Shown in pieces: positions 1-9,072 of a stretch of 64,000 nt of DNA. The position numbers and the translations under genes are program-made. Each line of letters begins with the position of its first letter. Positions within the stretch are counted from its first letter, which is position 1. The notes under the pieces were generated by a model, which saw only the letters and a program-made list of their open reading frames with translations, did not search any database and was not told the DNA's origin. The stretch lies in IMG/VR virus record IMGVR_UViG_3300046167_000724; one strand, given 5' to 3'. Source of the stretch: a virus. Taxonomy: Duplodnaviria > Caudoviricetes.

Positions 1-1
1 A

Positions 2-424
2 AATAGACCTGATAATTGTGAGGCACATAGAATTGCAATTTCTAATAAAGATAACGACGCTGTTCAAATTTCATATAAGCCTAATTGTCCGGGTGGTAGT
101 TCTATAATTAAATATGAAGATGGTATTTTACAAACTTGTATGACTATGACTGTAGATACTTTAATTAATAATGGTGTTATTGAACAACCTGATTTTATTA
201 AAATGGATATTGAAGGTGCTGAAGCATTAGCATTTGAAGGTATTTCAGATGATGTGTTACGTAAAACTAGATGTATTACTATGGAAATGCATGAAGATGT
301 TATTGGTAAAGAAGATTCTGATAAAATATATGATAGACTACGTGGTTTAGGATTTAAACCATTTACATTATACAACCCGGATAATAATAATATTGTTTGG
401 TTTACAAATAATAATTTAATATAA
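2..424 (+). CDS. FkbM-family SAM methyltransferase (5'-truncated by window edge)
   Basis: Frame is open from base 2; contains PDFIKMDIEGAE, the typical FkbM C-terminal motif. Confidence 0.8.
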   Translation, partial: NRPDNCEAHRIAISNKDNDAVQISYKPNCPGGSSIIKYEDGILQTCMTMTVDTLINNGVIEQPDFIKMDIEGAEALAFEGISDDVLRKTRCITMEMHEDVIGKEDSDKIYDRLRGLGFKPFTLYNPDNNNIVWFTNNNLI

Positions 425-428
425 AGTT

Positions 429-1067
429 ATGATTAATAAAGTAAAATTAGAAATACCCAGAGAGCTTGCAATAGTACAAAAGCTTAATGATATCAATGCT
501 AAAAATGCTGTTGAAGTTGGAGTGTTTAAGGCTCAATTTAGTAAACACTTATTAGAAAATTGGGGAGGTATTCTTTGGATGGTAGATCCTTGGAGAGCAT
601 TTGAAGAAGGTGAGGGTTATGTTGATGCATCAAACCACAAACAGCATCAAACAGCATACCTTGAAGCTATGCAAAATATTGAGGGTTATGAATCTAGAGC
701 TTTTATGTTACGTGGACTTAGTTCTGACATGGCAAGTAGATTTGAAGATGGTTCGCTAGACCTTGTTTATATAGATGGTAATCATGCATATGAATGGGTT
801 AAAGAAGACATTGAATTATGGTGGCCTAAATTAAGAAAAGGTGGTGTACTTGCTGGTCATGACTATTTAGATATGGATTGGGATAGTGGTACATTTGCAG
901 ATAATGGGAAAGATAAACACATTTGGATGACAGGTTCTGAACATGAAGAACATATTTATGCTGGTCTTTTCGGGGTTAACCCAGCTGTAGATGAGTTTGT
1001 AGAAAGAGAAGGATTGGAATTAACTTTAACTAGTGAATGGTTAGGTAGTTGGATTGTACAAAAATAA
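429..1067 (+). CDS. Class I SAM methyltransferase (Methyltransf_24-like)
   Basis: VEVGV motif I; LDLVYIDGNHAYE...LRKGGVLAGHDY. Confidence 0.85.
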   Translation: MINKVKLEIPRELAIVQKLNDINAKNAVEVGVFKAQFSKHLLENWGGILWMVDPWRAFEEGEGYVDASNHKQHQTAYLEAMQNIEGYESRAFMLRGLSSDMASRFEDGSLDLVYIDGNHAYEWVKEDIELWWPKLRKGGVLAGHDYLDMDWDSGTFADNGKDKHIWMTGSEHEEHIYAGLFGVNPAVDEFVEREGLELTLTSEWLGSWIVQK

Positions 1068-1076
1068 TTAAATATA

Positions 1077-1958
1077 ATGGCAAAAGTAATAGTAACAGGC
1101 GGTGCTGGTTTTATCGGTCACCATTTAGTAAACCTCCTTCTTGATGAAGGACATGAAGTTGATGTGTGGGATAATTTGAGTACTGGTAAACTTGAAAGAT
1201 TACCGTCACATTCAAAATGTACGTTTACAAATTTAGACCTTACGATTGATACACTACCAGATATTAAAGCTGATTGGGTATTTCACCTAGCCGCACCTGT
1301 ATCTGTACAAGAATCGTTAGAAAATCCTTACAAATACGAGCAGGGTTGTTTTATGGCAACTAAGCGTGTGTTAGACTGGTCACTAAAAGCCGGAGTTACT
1401 GATATCTCGTTTGCGAGTACTGCTGCGGTTTATGGTGACCGTGAAGATGTACCATTTACAGAAGACAGTGAGAAAAAACCTATGAGCCCGTATGCTGAAT
1501 GGAAATTAAACTCTGAGCATCTTATAAAAAACTTTACACAACGTTTTAATGTTAGGGCTACTGCACTTCGTTTCTTTAATGTGTTTGGTGAAGGCCAACA
1601 CGACTCAGGTTCTTATGCGCCCGCCGTTGCACTTTTCTTGAAACAATTTGAATCATTCCAACCTATTACAGTTACGGGAACAGGTACACAAACGCGAGAC
1701 TATATTTATGTTAAAGACATTTGTAACGCATTGTACAAATCTATGATACATCCGGCCCAAGAATTTAGAGTGATGAATGTTGGTACTGGTGAAGAAACTT
1801 CAGTACTTGATATTGCAGAAACTTTTGCGGGAGAGATTAAGTTTATACCTGCACGTAAAGAACCTATGAGAAGTTTAGCTGACAGTAGTTTAGCTCAAAA
1901 AAACTTAAACTGGGCACCTGGTAAGAATATCCTCCAATGGATCAATGAAGTAAAATAA
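1077..1958 (+). CDS. NAD-dependent nucleotide-sugar epimerase/dehydratase (extended SDR)
   Basis: TGGAGFIG Rossmann motif, YxxxK (YAEWK), LRFFNVFG, RDYIYVKD. Confidence 0.92.
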   Translation: MAKVIVTGGAGFIGHHLVNLLLDEGHEVDVWDNLSTGKLERLPSHSKCTFTNLDLTIDTLPDIKADWVFHLAAPVSVQESLENPYKYEQGCFMATKRVLDWSLKAGVTDISFASTAAVYGDREDVPFTEDSEKKPMSPYAEWKLNSEHLIKNFTQRFNVRATALRFFNVFGEGQHDSGSYAPAVALFLKQFESFQPITVTGTGTQTRDYIYVKDICNALYKSMIHPAQEFRVMNVGTGEETSVLDIAETFAGEIKFIPARKEPMRSLADSSLAQKNLNWAPGKNILQWINEVK

Positions 1959-1978
1959 ATATATAACGTATCATTAAA

Positions 1979-2006
1979 TAAACAAAACCTATCAGTTTTG
2001 TATAAT
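1979..2006 (+). promoter_or_regulatory. Class-2 promoter candidate (TAAACA-N16-TATAAT) upstream of glmS
   Basis: Same bipartite motif recurs upstream of about 9 genes. Confidence 0.5.
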
Positions 2007-2025
2007 TAAAAGAACATTATAAATT

Positions 2026-3888
2026 ATGTGCGGAATAGTAGGATACGTTGGTAAAAATAAAGAAGCTCGTGATGTAGTCATCAAGGGTTTAAGACGATTA
2101 GAATACCGCGGCTATGATTCTGCGGGAATCGCTGTAAAATTACAAGATAGTACGTCACGTGTTATTCGTGCAGTTGGTGGTGTTGATAACTTATATGATG
2201 CATTACCAGAAGATTTACAATCAGGTAGTATTGCAATTGGTCATACTCGCTGGGCGACTCACGGTGAACCAGCTGAAAGAAATGCACACCCACATACTTC
2301 GATGAATGGTGTAATTACACTTGTGCATAATGGTATTATTGAAAACTACGAAACACTCAAGAAAAAGTTAATTACTGAAGGGTATACCTTTGAATCAGAT
2401 ACAGATACTGAAGTTTTAGCAAATTGGATTGAATACATTTATTATAAGGTATTTTCGGCTGAAATGGGTGGCCTTAGTGAGATTGTACATACTGCATTAA
2501 AAGATGTTGTTGGAGCATATGCCATTTTAGTGGTTGATATGTATTCAGATGATGTTGTAATGGCGAAAAAGTCTTCACCTCTTGCGATTGGTATCGGTGA
2601 TGGTGAATTTATCATTGCATCAGATGCAACACCAATCGTTGAATACACTAAGGACATTATCTATTTAGAAGACGACCAGCTGGGCGTCATTGAAAACAAG
2701 GCAAACCTACGTATTATAGATTCTAACGCGATAGAGGTTGACCCGGTGGTTGAAACAGTTGAAATGGAGCTTGACCAACTAGAAAAGGGTGGTTACGACT
2801 CATTCATGCTTAAAGAAATTCACGAGCAGCCAGAAACTATCACAAATTGCATACGTGGTAGGCTAACTGAAGGCCTAGAACCCCTAATGATGGGCGGGCT
2901 AGAGCCAATTATGCCACAATTATTAAGAGCACAAAAGATTTTTATTGTAGCGTGTGGAACTTCTTGGCATGCAGCACTTGCAGGTAAGAATATGATTGAG
3001 ACTTTGGCTAGAATTCCCGTTGAAGTAGATTATGCTTCAGAATTCAGGTACAGAGACCCTATTATTCATCAAGGTGACGTTGTTATTGCAATTACACAAT
3101 CGGGTGAGACTGCAGATACCAAAGCCGCACTTGAAATGGCCAAAGAACGTGGTGCAACTTTATTTGGGATTGTAAATGCAGTGGGTTCATCTATTGCTAG
3201 AATGACAGATGCTGGTATTTATACACATTCAGGTGTTGAGGTTGGTGTAGCATCAACTAAAGCGTTTACAGGTCAAGTTGCAGCACTAGCACTTTTAGCT
3301 ATTAAACTAGGTCGTCAATTAGGTAACATCAACGATGACAGGTACTTACAACTAAAATCTTCATTACGTGGTATTCCAAGCAAGATTAAGAGCATTCTAG
3401 ACAAGTCTGATGACATATTAAAGATTGCAGATGCATACGCCAATGAAGACTATAAGGACTTCTTATACTTGGCTAGAGGTTTCAATTTTCCAATAGCACT
3501 AGAAGGTGCCTTAAAACTAAAAGAAATTTCATATGCACACGCTGAAGGATATCCAGCCGGTGAAATGAAACATGGTCCAATTGCATTGATTGATGAAAAT
3601 TGTCCTTCAGTTTTTATTATGCCGAATGACAGTAATTATGGTAAAGTCTTATCAAATATGCAAGAGGTTAAGGCTAGAAAGGGTAAAGTTATTGCTATTG
3701 TAAATGACGGTGAAGAAGTTGTTAAGACTATTGCAGATCATGTAATTGAAATTCCAGAAACTGACCCAATACTTGCACCAATGCTAACAGTTATACCAAT
3801 GCAATTAATTTCTTATCAAATTGCATCAAAACGTGGTAAAAACGTAGATAAACCTAGAAATTTAGCAAAAAGTGTCACTGTAGAATAA
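2026..3888 (+). CDS. glmS: Glutamine--fructose-6-phosphate aminotransferase
   Basis: N-terminal MCGIVG, LEYRGYDSAG, GHTRWATHG, SQ/TQSGETADT, C-terminal PRNLAKSVTVE. Confidence 0.98.
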   Translation: MCGIVGYVGKNKEARDVVIKGLRRLEYRGYDSAGIAVKLQDSTSRVIRAVGGVDNLYDALPEDLQSGSIAIGHTRWATHGEPAERNAHPHTSMNGVITLVHNGIIENYETLKKKLITEGYTFESDTDTEVLANWIEYIYYKVFSAEMGGLSEIVHTALKDVVGAYAILVVDMYSDDVVMAKKSSPLAIGIGDGEFIIASDATPIVEYTKDIIYLEDDQLGVIENKANLRIIDSNAIEVDPVVETVEMELDQLEKGGYDSFMLKEIHEQPETITNCIRGRLTEGLEPLMMGGLEPIMPQLLRAQKIFIVACGTSWHAALAGKNMIETLARIPVEVDYASEFRYRDPIIHQGDVVIAITQSGETADTKAALEMAKERGATLFGIVNAVGSSIARMTDAGIYTHSGVEVGVASTKAFTGQVAALALLAIKLGRQLGNINDDRYLQLKSSLRGIPSKIKSILDKSDDILKIADAYANEDYKDFLYLARGFNFPIALEGALKLKEISYAHAEGYPAGEMKHGPIALIDENCPSVFIMPNDSNYGKVLSNMQEVKARKGKVIAIVNDGEEVVKTIADHVIEIPETDPILAPMLTVIPMQLISYQIASKRGKNVDKPRNLAKSVTVE

Positions 3889-3937
3889 ACATTTTAAGAT
3901 TTTAATATATAAATAGTATAATTTAACTAATATAAAT

Positions 3938-4324
3938 ATGCAAATTGAAGTATCAAACGGCGAAATCATGGATAAGTATACTATCCTTGAAATTAAGCTG
4001 GAACAGATTAAAGACGAGGCTAAACTTATTAATGTTCGCAATGAACATAATTCATTAAAGCCAGTCGTTGCTCAAATTTATGCAAATAGCCCAGATGGCT
4101 TAGATGCACTACACCAAGATTTACTTAACGTTAATAAAACACTTTGGAACATTGAAGACCTTATTCGCGATTGTGAGCGTGAAAAGAACTTTGGTGAAGA
4201 TTTTGTTGAATTAGCACGTTCAGTATATTATACAAACGACGACAGAGCAGACGTCAAAAAACAAATCAATACCCTAACGGGTTCAGCATTAGTCGAAGAG
4301 AAATCTTACCAAGACTACGCTTAA
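3938..4324 (+). CDS. DUF6165-like protein
   Basis: IEVSNGEIMDKYTILEIK...LWNIEDLIR...ELARSVYYTND pattern, often found beside glycosylation genes. Confidence 0.65.
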   Translation: MQIEVSNGEIMDKYTILEIKLEQIKDEAKLINVRNEHNSLKPVVAQIYANSPDGLDALHQDLLNVNKTLWNIEDLIRDCEREKNFGEDFVELARSVYYTNDDRADVKKQINTLTGSALVEEKSYQDYA

Positions 4325-4345
4325 TTAAAAAAAGACAAATCTATT

Positions 4346-4630
4346 ATGTCAAGCGACGCAGATAAATTTTGTCACCTATTTTCTAATTTCAGTTTAGTGA
4401 TTAGATGTAAAGGTAAAGCATCGAGACATGCGGCAACTGAAGAAGATATTACTGATATCAGTAAAGCGCAATTGAAAACTTTACTTAAGAAAGCCATTGA
4501 AGAATACAAACAGGCTAAAAAGTTATACAAACATTACAAAATATCTAAAGAAGAACTTTATGATTATGAATGGCGTGTATTTGAACTTAAAACTGAAATA
4601 GACAGGTCAAGTAATGAAGGAGCGCTTTAA
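4346..4630 (+). CDS. Hypothetical protein
   Basis: 94-aa ORF followed by a hairpin. Confidence 0.6.
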   Translation: MSSDADKFCHLFSNFSLVIRCKGKASRHAATEEDITDISKAQLKTLLKKAIEEYKQAKKLYKHYKISKEELYDYEWRVFELKTEIDRSSNEGAL

Positions 4631-4640
4631 GCGCTCCTTC
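4616..4640 (+). terminator. Perfect 10-bp hairpin, probable terminator
   Basis: gaaggagcgc-tttaa-gcgctccttc; no clear U-tract. Confidence 0.5.
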
Positions 4641-4660
4641 GTTGATATATAATATAATAG

Positions 4661-4809
4661 TATTGATACACATATTTAGGCAACTGATTAAGTCGGCACA
4701 AATATGGCCTTCGCAATCCAATTAAATTGAATACATCAGATCAATCCAAGAGGCCCCCGTCTCTGATATAATTGTTCAATGTCGATTTACATCAGTTGCT
4801 GTATCAATA
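4661..4809 (+). ncRNA. Candidate structured non-coding RNA (long rod with possible pseudoknot)
   Basis: Nested pairings 4661-4670/4800-4809, 4680-4688/4791-4799, 4690-4698/4780-4788, 4726-4733/4773-4780, 4735-4740/4762-4767; GATATATAA motif at 4644; strand inferred from that motif. Confidence 0.5.
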
Positions 4810-4824
4810 AAAAAATAAACTATA

Positions 4825-5142
4825 GTGGAAAGTATTATTAATACATATTTTGGTGAATGGGGTGCTTGGGTAATAGGTGCTCTTTTAGCACTAGCAGTAA
4901 AAGACAGTGTTAGTCAATTATGGAGTGGATTTAGATTCCTAATGGGTACTGATTTTGATGTAGATGATATTGTATATCTTAATGGTACTAAGAAAGCACG
5001 TATTGTAAGACAAGGGATATATAAGACAACATTTTATTTGTACGACCACGAAAGAAAGTTTATTGTACCAAACAATAGACTTTGGTCATTGAATATAGAA
5101 AAACAACTTCCAAAATACGAAGAACATAAAGATGAGATTTAA
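4825..5142 (+). CDS. Small membrane protein, MscS-like beta-domain fragment
   Basis: GTG start; one TM helix then GFRFLMGTDFDVDDIVYLNG...IVRQGIYKTTF...IVPNNRL. Confidence 0.5.
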   Translation: MESIINTYFGEWGAWVIGALLALAVKDSVSQLWSGFRFLMGTDFDVDDIVYLNGTKKARIVRQGIYKTTFYLYDHERKFIVPNNRLWSLNIEKQLPKYEEHKDEI

Positions 5143-6541
5143 ATTATTTGAAGAATTTGTCAATGAAGGCATAAATGATCCAGGCATTCTTAAAGCCTTT
5201 TTCATGGCAGGCGGACCAGGTTCTGGTAAATCATATGTAGCATCAGAGCTATTTGGTTTTCCAAAAGCGGCGACATCATCAGTATCATATGCTACGGGCT
5301 TAAAGCTTGTTAATAATGATAATGCTTTTGAGAAAGCAATTAAAGATGCTGGTTATGACATAGGTAAACTAGCAGATTATGCAAAAGACCCTGAAGTATG
5401 GTCTAAAGTAATGGCGATTAGAGATAAAGCTAAAGGCTTAACTAGAAGAATGCAAGGTAATTATATTTCTGGTCGTTTAGGTCAGGTGATTGATGGTACT
5501 GGTAAAGACTTTAAAAAGATTGCGGGAATGCGTAAGATGTATGCTGACTTGGGTTATGATACTTATATGGTTTTTGTTAACACATCACTTGAAACTGCTT
5601 TAGAAAGAAATAGAATGAGACCTCGTAAACTAGACGATGGTATGGTTGAAAAGATGTGGAAAGCTGTTCAAGATAACTTAGGTAAGTTTCAAAAAGAGTT
5701 TGGTTCTGTCAATATGATTATTGTTGATAATAATGCAACTGATGATGAAGAAGGTATTTTAGACCAGATTGAAAAGCAAATTATGAAAAGAATCAAAGAT
5801 CCAGTTAATAACGTATTGGGTAAAAGATGGATTTCAGATAACTCACCAGAGAACAGAAATAAAAACCAACCATTTGGTGTTAGTGAATCTCTTAATGAGG
5901 GTCTAAAGATTACAGCTAAAATGCCAGCTACAATGAAGAAGTTTATTAACGACTTAGCTAAAGACAGACCGAATACTTGGTCAAACGAGTTAACAGATCT
6001 AGCTAACTCAATTATCGGTGCACACAGAGAGTACGACTTAGACCTAGCTGATTCAGACAAGGTTGGACCACAATACATTAATATTAGAGAGCTACCTGTT
6101 TCAGAGCTAACTCCAAGGTCAATTGACATGATCAATAAGTTATGGAATGACATGGGTGACCAAGCTAAAGAAACTATTTATGATGATTACTCACACTGGT
6201 TTAGAGTAAGTAAGAAAGACAGGCCTCTTTACGGTATGTACGAATCAGCAGTTAACGAAGCTAAGGTAACCAAAAAAGACTTTGATAAAGTAGTTAAGGT
6301 ATTAAGTAAATCAAAATACCCATTTACTATCATGCTTGTTCCAAAATGGAATGAAATCGATATTATTACAGGTCAAGATTCACCAGATGATATTGGTGAT
6401 GACATTATTAAAAGATTAGATTCAGCAGGTTTAAATTGGGGTGGAAACTCAGGTATTACTATTTCAGGAGATTCATCAAATTATTCTAGGAGAGAATATG
6501 ATGAGATTGCAAAAATAAACGGCGGGCACAAACATTATTAA
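5132..6541 (+). CDS. P-loop kinase (Zeta-toxin/AAA_33-like) fused to extra domains; N-terminal CTS-like tag
   Basis: KAFFMAGGPGSGKS Walker A, VIDGTG, VFVNTSLETALERN; begins MRFKLFEEFVNE. Confidence 0.75.
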   Translation: MRFKLFEEFVNEGINDPGILKAFFMAGGPGSGKSYVASELFGFPKAATSSVSYATGLKLVNNDNAFEKAIKDAGYDIGKLADYAKDPEVWSKVMAIRDKAKGLTRRMQGNYISGRLGQVIDGTGKDFKKIAGMRKMYADLGYDTYMVFVNTSLETALERNRMRPRKLDDGMVEKMWKAVQDNLGKFQKEFGSVNMIIVDNNATDDEEGILDQIEKQIMKRIKDPVNNVLGKRWISDNSPENRNKNQPFGVSESLNEGLKITAKMPATMKKFINDLAKDRPNTWSNELTDLANSIIGAHREYDLDLADSDKVGPQYINIRELPVSELTPRSIDMINKLWNDMGDQAKETIYDDYSHWFRVSKKDRPLYGMYESAVNEAKVTKKDFDKVVKVLSKSKYPFTIMLVPKWNEIDIITGQDSPDDIGDDIIKRLDSAGLNWGGNSGITISGDSSNYSRREYDEIAKINGGHKHY

Positions 6542-6543
6542 TT

Positions 6544-7083
6544 ATGAAACACATTAAACTATTTGAATCTTTTATAAATGAAGGTAAACTTACATATGGT
6601 GATGTATATAGTGAGCCTGGTTTTAATCTAATGCAAAAAGATTTAGAAGAAGTATTAGGCAAATACGCTTTTGATTACTTTATTGACAACCCAAAGTCAA
6701 AACAAGTAGAATACAAAATTGAAGGATTAGATGGTGGTGTTTCAGTAACCATATATAGAGATTACAGTAACTATTTTGGTAAATTCTATCTTTACATATA
6801 CTCTAAAAAGTTGAAGCCAAATACGCAAACGATAAAGTTAAAAGATAAAAACGAATTAAATGATATTTTAGGCAAAGTTGCTAAGTTGTTTAATGTAATG
6901 TCACCAAAGCAAGCTGCTATGAAAAAACAGCTTGATGAATTAAATTATAAGTTAGAAGACCTATTATACATGTATGGGGATTCTGATGAAGAGCAGAAAG
7001 CTGCTAGAAATACAAGTAAGTTCAAAAGTTTAGCGAAAAAGGTTGATGCATTACAAGCAAAATATAATAAAACATACGAATAA
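6544..7083 (+). CDS. Putative internal head protein (CTS-like tag)
   Basis: Begins MKHIKLFESFINE. Confidence 0.6.
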   Translation: MKHIKLFESFINEGKLTYGDVYSEPGFNLMQKDLEEVLGKYAFDYFIDNPKSKQVEYKIEGLDGGVSVTIYRDYSNYFGKFYLYIYSKKLKPNTQTIKLKDKNELNDILGKVAKLFNVMSPKQAAMKKQLDELNYKLEDLLYMYGDSDEEQKAARNTSKFKSLAKKVDALQAKYNKTYE

Positions 7084-7736
7084 TGAAGTATATTAAATTA
7101 TTTGAAGCTTTTGTAAATGAAGCTAATAACATGAGAACCTTAAAAGGTTTCTTAAAAGAACTTAAAAAAGAATACGGGCCAACCCCAACTGAACAGTCAT
7201 TAGCAGATTTTATCTATAATAACTACGAAGCTATTACCGGTGAAGATTTAGAAGATTCAAATCCAGCAGCTAATGATCATATTGCAGATATCGTTGCACA
7301 TTTTAAAATGGACGGTGAAGACTTTATGATTGCTTGGGAAGATAGAACAAATGAATCTTTTGTAAATGAAAGAACTGCAAAGGGTGTTGGTCGATACCAT
7401 TCGCCAGATTACAGTGAGTTAATGGACCTTTTAGATATGGCTAAAGAATATACAGACTCTAATCTTTTTAGAGGTAAAAACTTTAAGCTTTATTATAGCG
7501 ATGATTACATTATGTTTGACAACCCAAATGGCGCAGCTGTTGGTTATGACAAAAGAGACATTAGAAAGAAAGACATCTTCCCAGGTAAAAAGGAAGTGGT
7601 TCATACCTTTAAGAAAGCTAACTACAGTCCAGAAGAAACTAAGAAAGAAGTTGAAAAACGTTCTAAAGGTAAAATTTCAGTTGAGATGGCTAAGTGGCAG
7701 GGTGAAGTTACAGGTGTAAATTACATATTTAACTAA
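7083..7736 (+). CDS. Putative internal head protein (CTS-like tag), two segments
   Basis: Begins MKYIKLFEAFVNE; internal NESFVNE. Confidence 0.6.
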   Translation: MKYIKLFEAFVNEANNMRTLKGFLKELKKEYGPTPTEQSLADFIYNNYEAITGEDLEDSNPAANDHIADIVAHFKMDGEDFMIAWEDRTNESFVNERTAKGVGRYHSPDYSELMDLLDMAKEYTDSNLFRGKNFKLYYSDDYIMFDNPNGAAVGYDKRDIRKKDIFPGKKEVVHTFKKANYSPEETKKEVEKRSKGKISVEMAKWQGEVTGVNYIFN

Positions 7737-7739
7737 ACT

Positions 7740-8105
7740 ATGAAACGTGTTTATTTATTTGAAGAATTTATATCTGAAAAGGTCGACCTAGACAGGGTTG
7801 AAAAATACGCTGACGATATATTAGACCCGGTGGATGTAGAGTTTACAAAGCACTTTTTCGACAGACTAACAAGGGCTGAACACGATAAAGAGATTACAGA
7901 TGCTGAGCTTATCGGTTTCTTTAAGAGACTAGCTAAAAAGAAAAAGCAGTTTGACAAATTCATGAAACAATACGATGAGTTTGTTATAAAAGATGATAGA
8001 ACGGACATTAACATCCCGTTCAAAGCAAAGGTTGACCAAATCATTGCAAAAACAATTATGCGTAAAGACGATTTCAAAACGTCTGACCCAGAATATAAGA
8101 TATAA
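7740..8105 (+). CDS. Putative internal head protein; conserved T4-like phage protein
   Basis: Begins MKRVYLFEEFISE; DVEFTKHFFDRL motif. Confidence 0.55.
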   Translation: MKRVYLFEEFISEKVDLDRVEKYADDILDPVDVEFTKHFFDRLTRAEHDKEITDAELIGFFKRLAKKKKQFDKFMKQYDEFVIKDDRTDINIPFKAKVDQIIAKTIMRKDDFKTSDPEYKI

Positions 8106-8107
8106 TT

Positions 8108-9064
8108 ATGAAAAGAGTAAGACTTTTTGAATCATTCATTAATGAAAAAGGGGCAGTCCTAGGCAGAGGCCGTAAGAGTGTTCGTGTTGACTTTAACGAC
8201 AAAAGAAACATGAGATGGACTGTTCATGGAATGCAAGGTGATATTAGTAAAGGTATCGTTATCCTAATAGCTACTGAATACAAACAAGGCCAGCCAAGCT
8301 GGTGGAAACTTGCAACAGTTACAGGCGGTGAAATTAAATTCCAAGAATCAGAATTAGGTGAGATTCCAGAATGGTTAAAGAAAAAAGCTATCAAAGATGC
8401 TGGCAAATATGGATTCAAGAATCTTGAAGAAGTAAATGAATCTATTGAAGTAGTTAACGAAGCTGAAGGTAAGTTTGACAACACACTGCACAAGAAAGTA
8501 TTAAAGGCAATTGCATCTTCTAAAACTTACATGCAAGTTGAAGACGATAGTGATATGCGTGAAATCTTAATTGCTACTAGAGAAAACGGTGATGTTTATG
8601 ACGATACAGCGGGCGCAGATGATATTAAAGAAGCTCAAAGAGTTCAAAAGATTCTTATGAAGAAGTTTCCAGGAATCAAAGTTCAAGTTGAAACGGTTGA
8701 CGAATGGGTACACCTATCAATTAAAGCACCTAGAGTTGCTAATTTCAAATATGCGATAGAAATGTACGACGAGAATGAACCTAATGAATACCGTAGAGGA
8801 ATGGGTGGTTCAGAATTTGCTACATTCAAAGAGATGGTTCAAGCCCTTGAAAGAGAATACTTAAGGGGTGCAAAGGTTGATTTTAAATCTGTTGAAAAAG
8901 AACTAGAAGCTATCGACACGTATCCTAGAGACAGGTTCACTGGATGGCACCAGAGTAAAGGTATTAAAATCGCAAGTGGTGTAAAATGGGGTAGTACAAC
9001 AGTAGAAATCCAAGTAGCTAAAGAAACAGACGAGATAGACTATAAAACAAAGAAGGGTATTTAA
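8108..9064 (+). CDS. Putative internal head protein (CTS-like tag), multi-segment
   Basis: Begins MKRVRLFESFINE; internal VNESIEVVNEAE. Confidence 0.6.
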   Translation: MKRVRLFESFINEKGAVLGRGRKSVRVDFNDKRNMRWTVHGMQGDISKGIVILIATEYKQGQPSWWKLATVTGGEIKFQESELGEIPEWLKKKAIKDAGKYGFKNLEEVNESIEVVNEAEGKFDNTLHKKVLKAIASSKTYMQVEDDSDMREILIATRENGDVYDDTAGADDIKEAQRVQKILMKKFPGIKVQVETVDEWVHLSIKAPRVANFKYAIEMYDENEPNEYRRGMGGSEFATFKEMVQALEREYLRGAKVDFKSVEKELEAIDTYPRDRFTGWHQSKGIKIASGVKWGSTTVEIQVAKETDEIDYKTKKGI

Positions 9065-9072
9065 AGATAACC

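Noticed and set aside
4661-4809. Assignment of the structured RNA to SRP, 6S or the glmS ribozyme
   Set aside because: No SRP helix-8 motif; asymmetric bulge unlike canonical 6S; it lies downstream of glmS rather than in its leader; left unassigned
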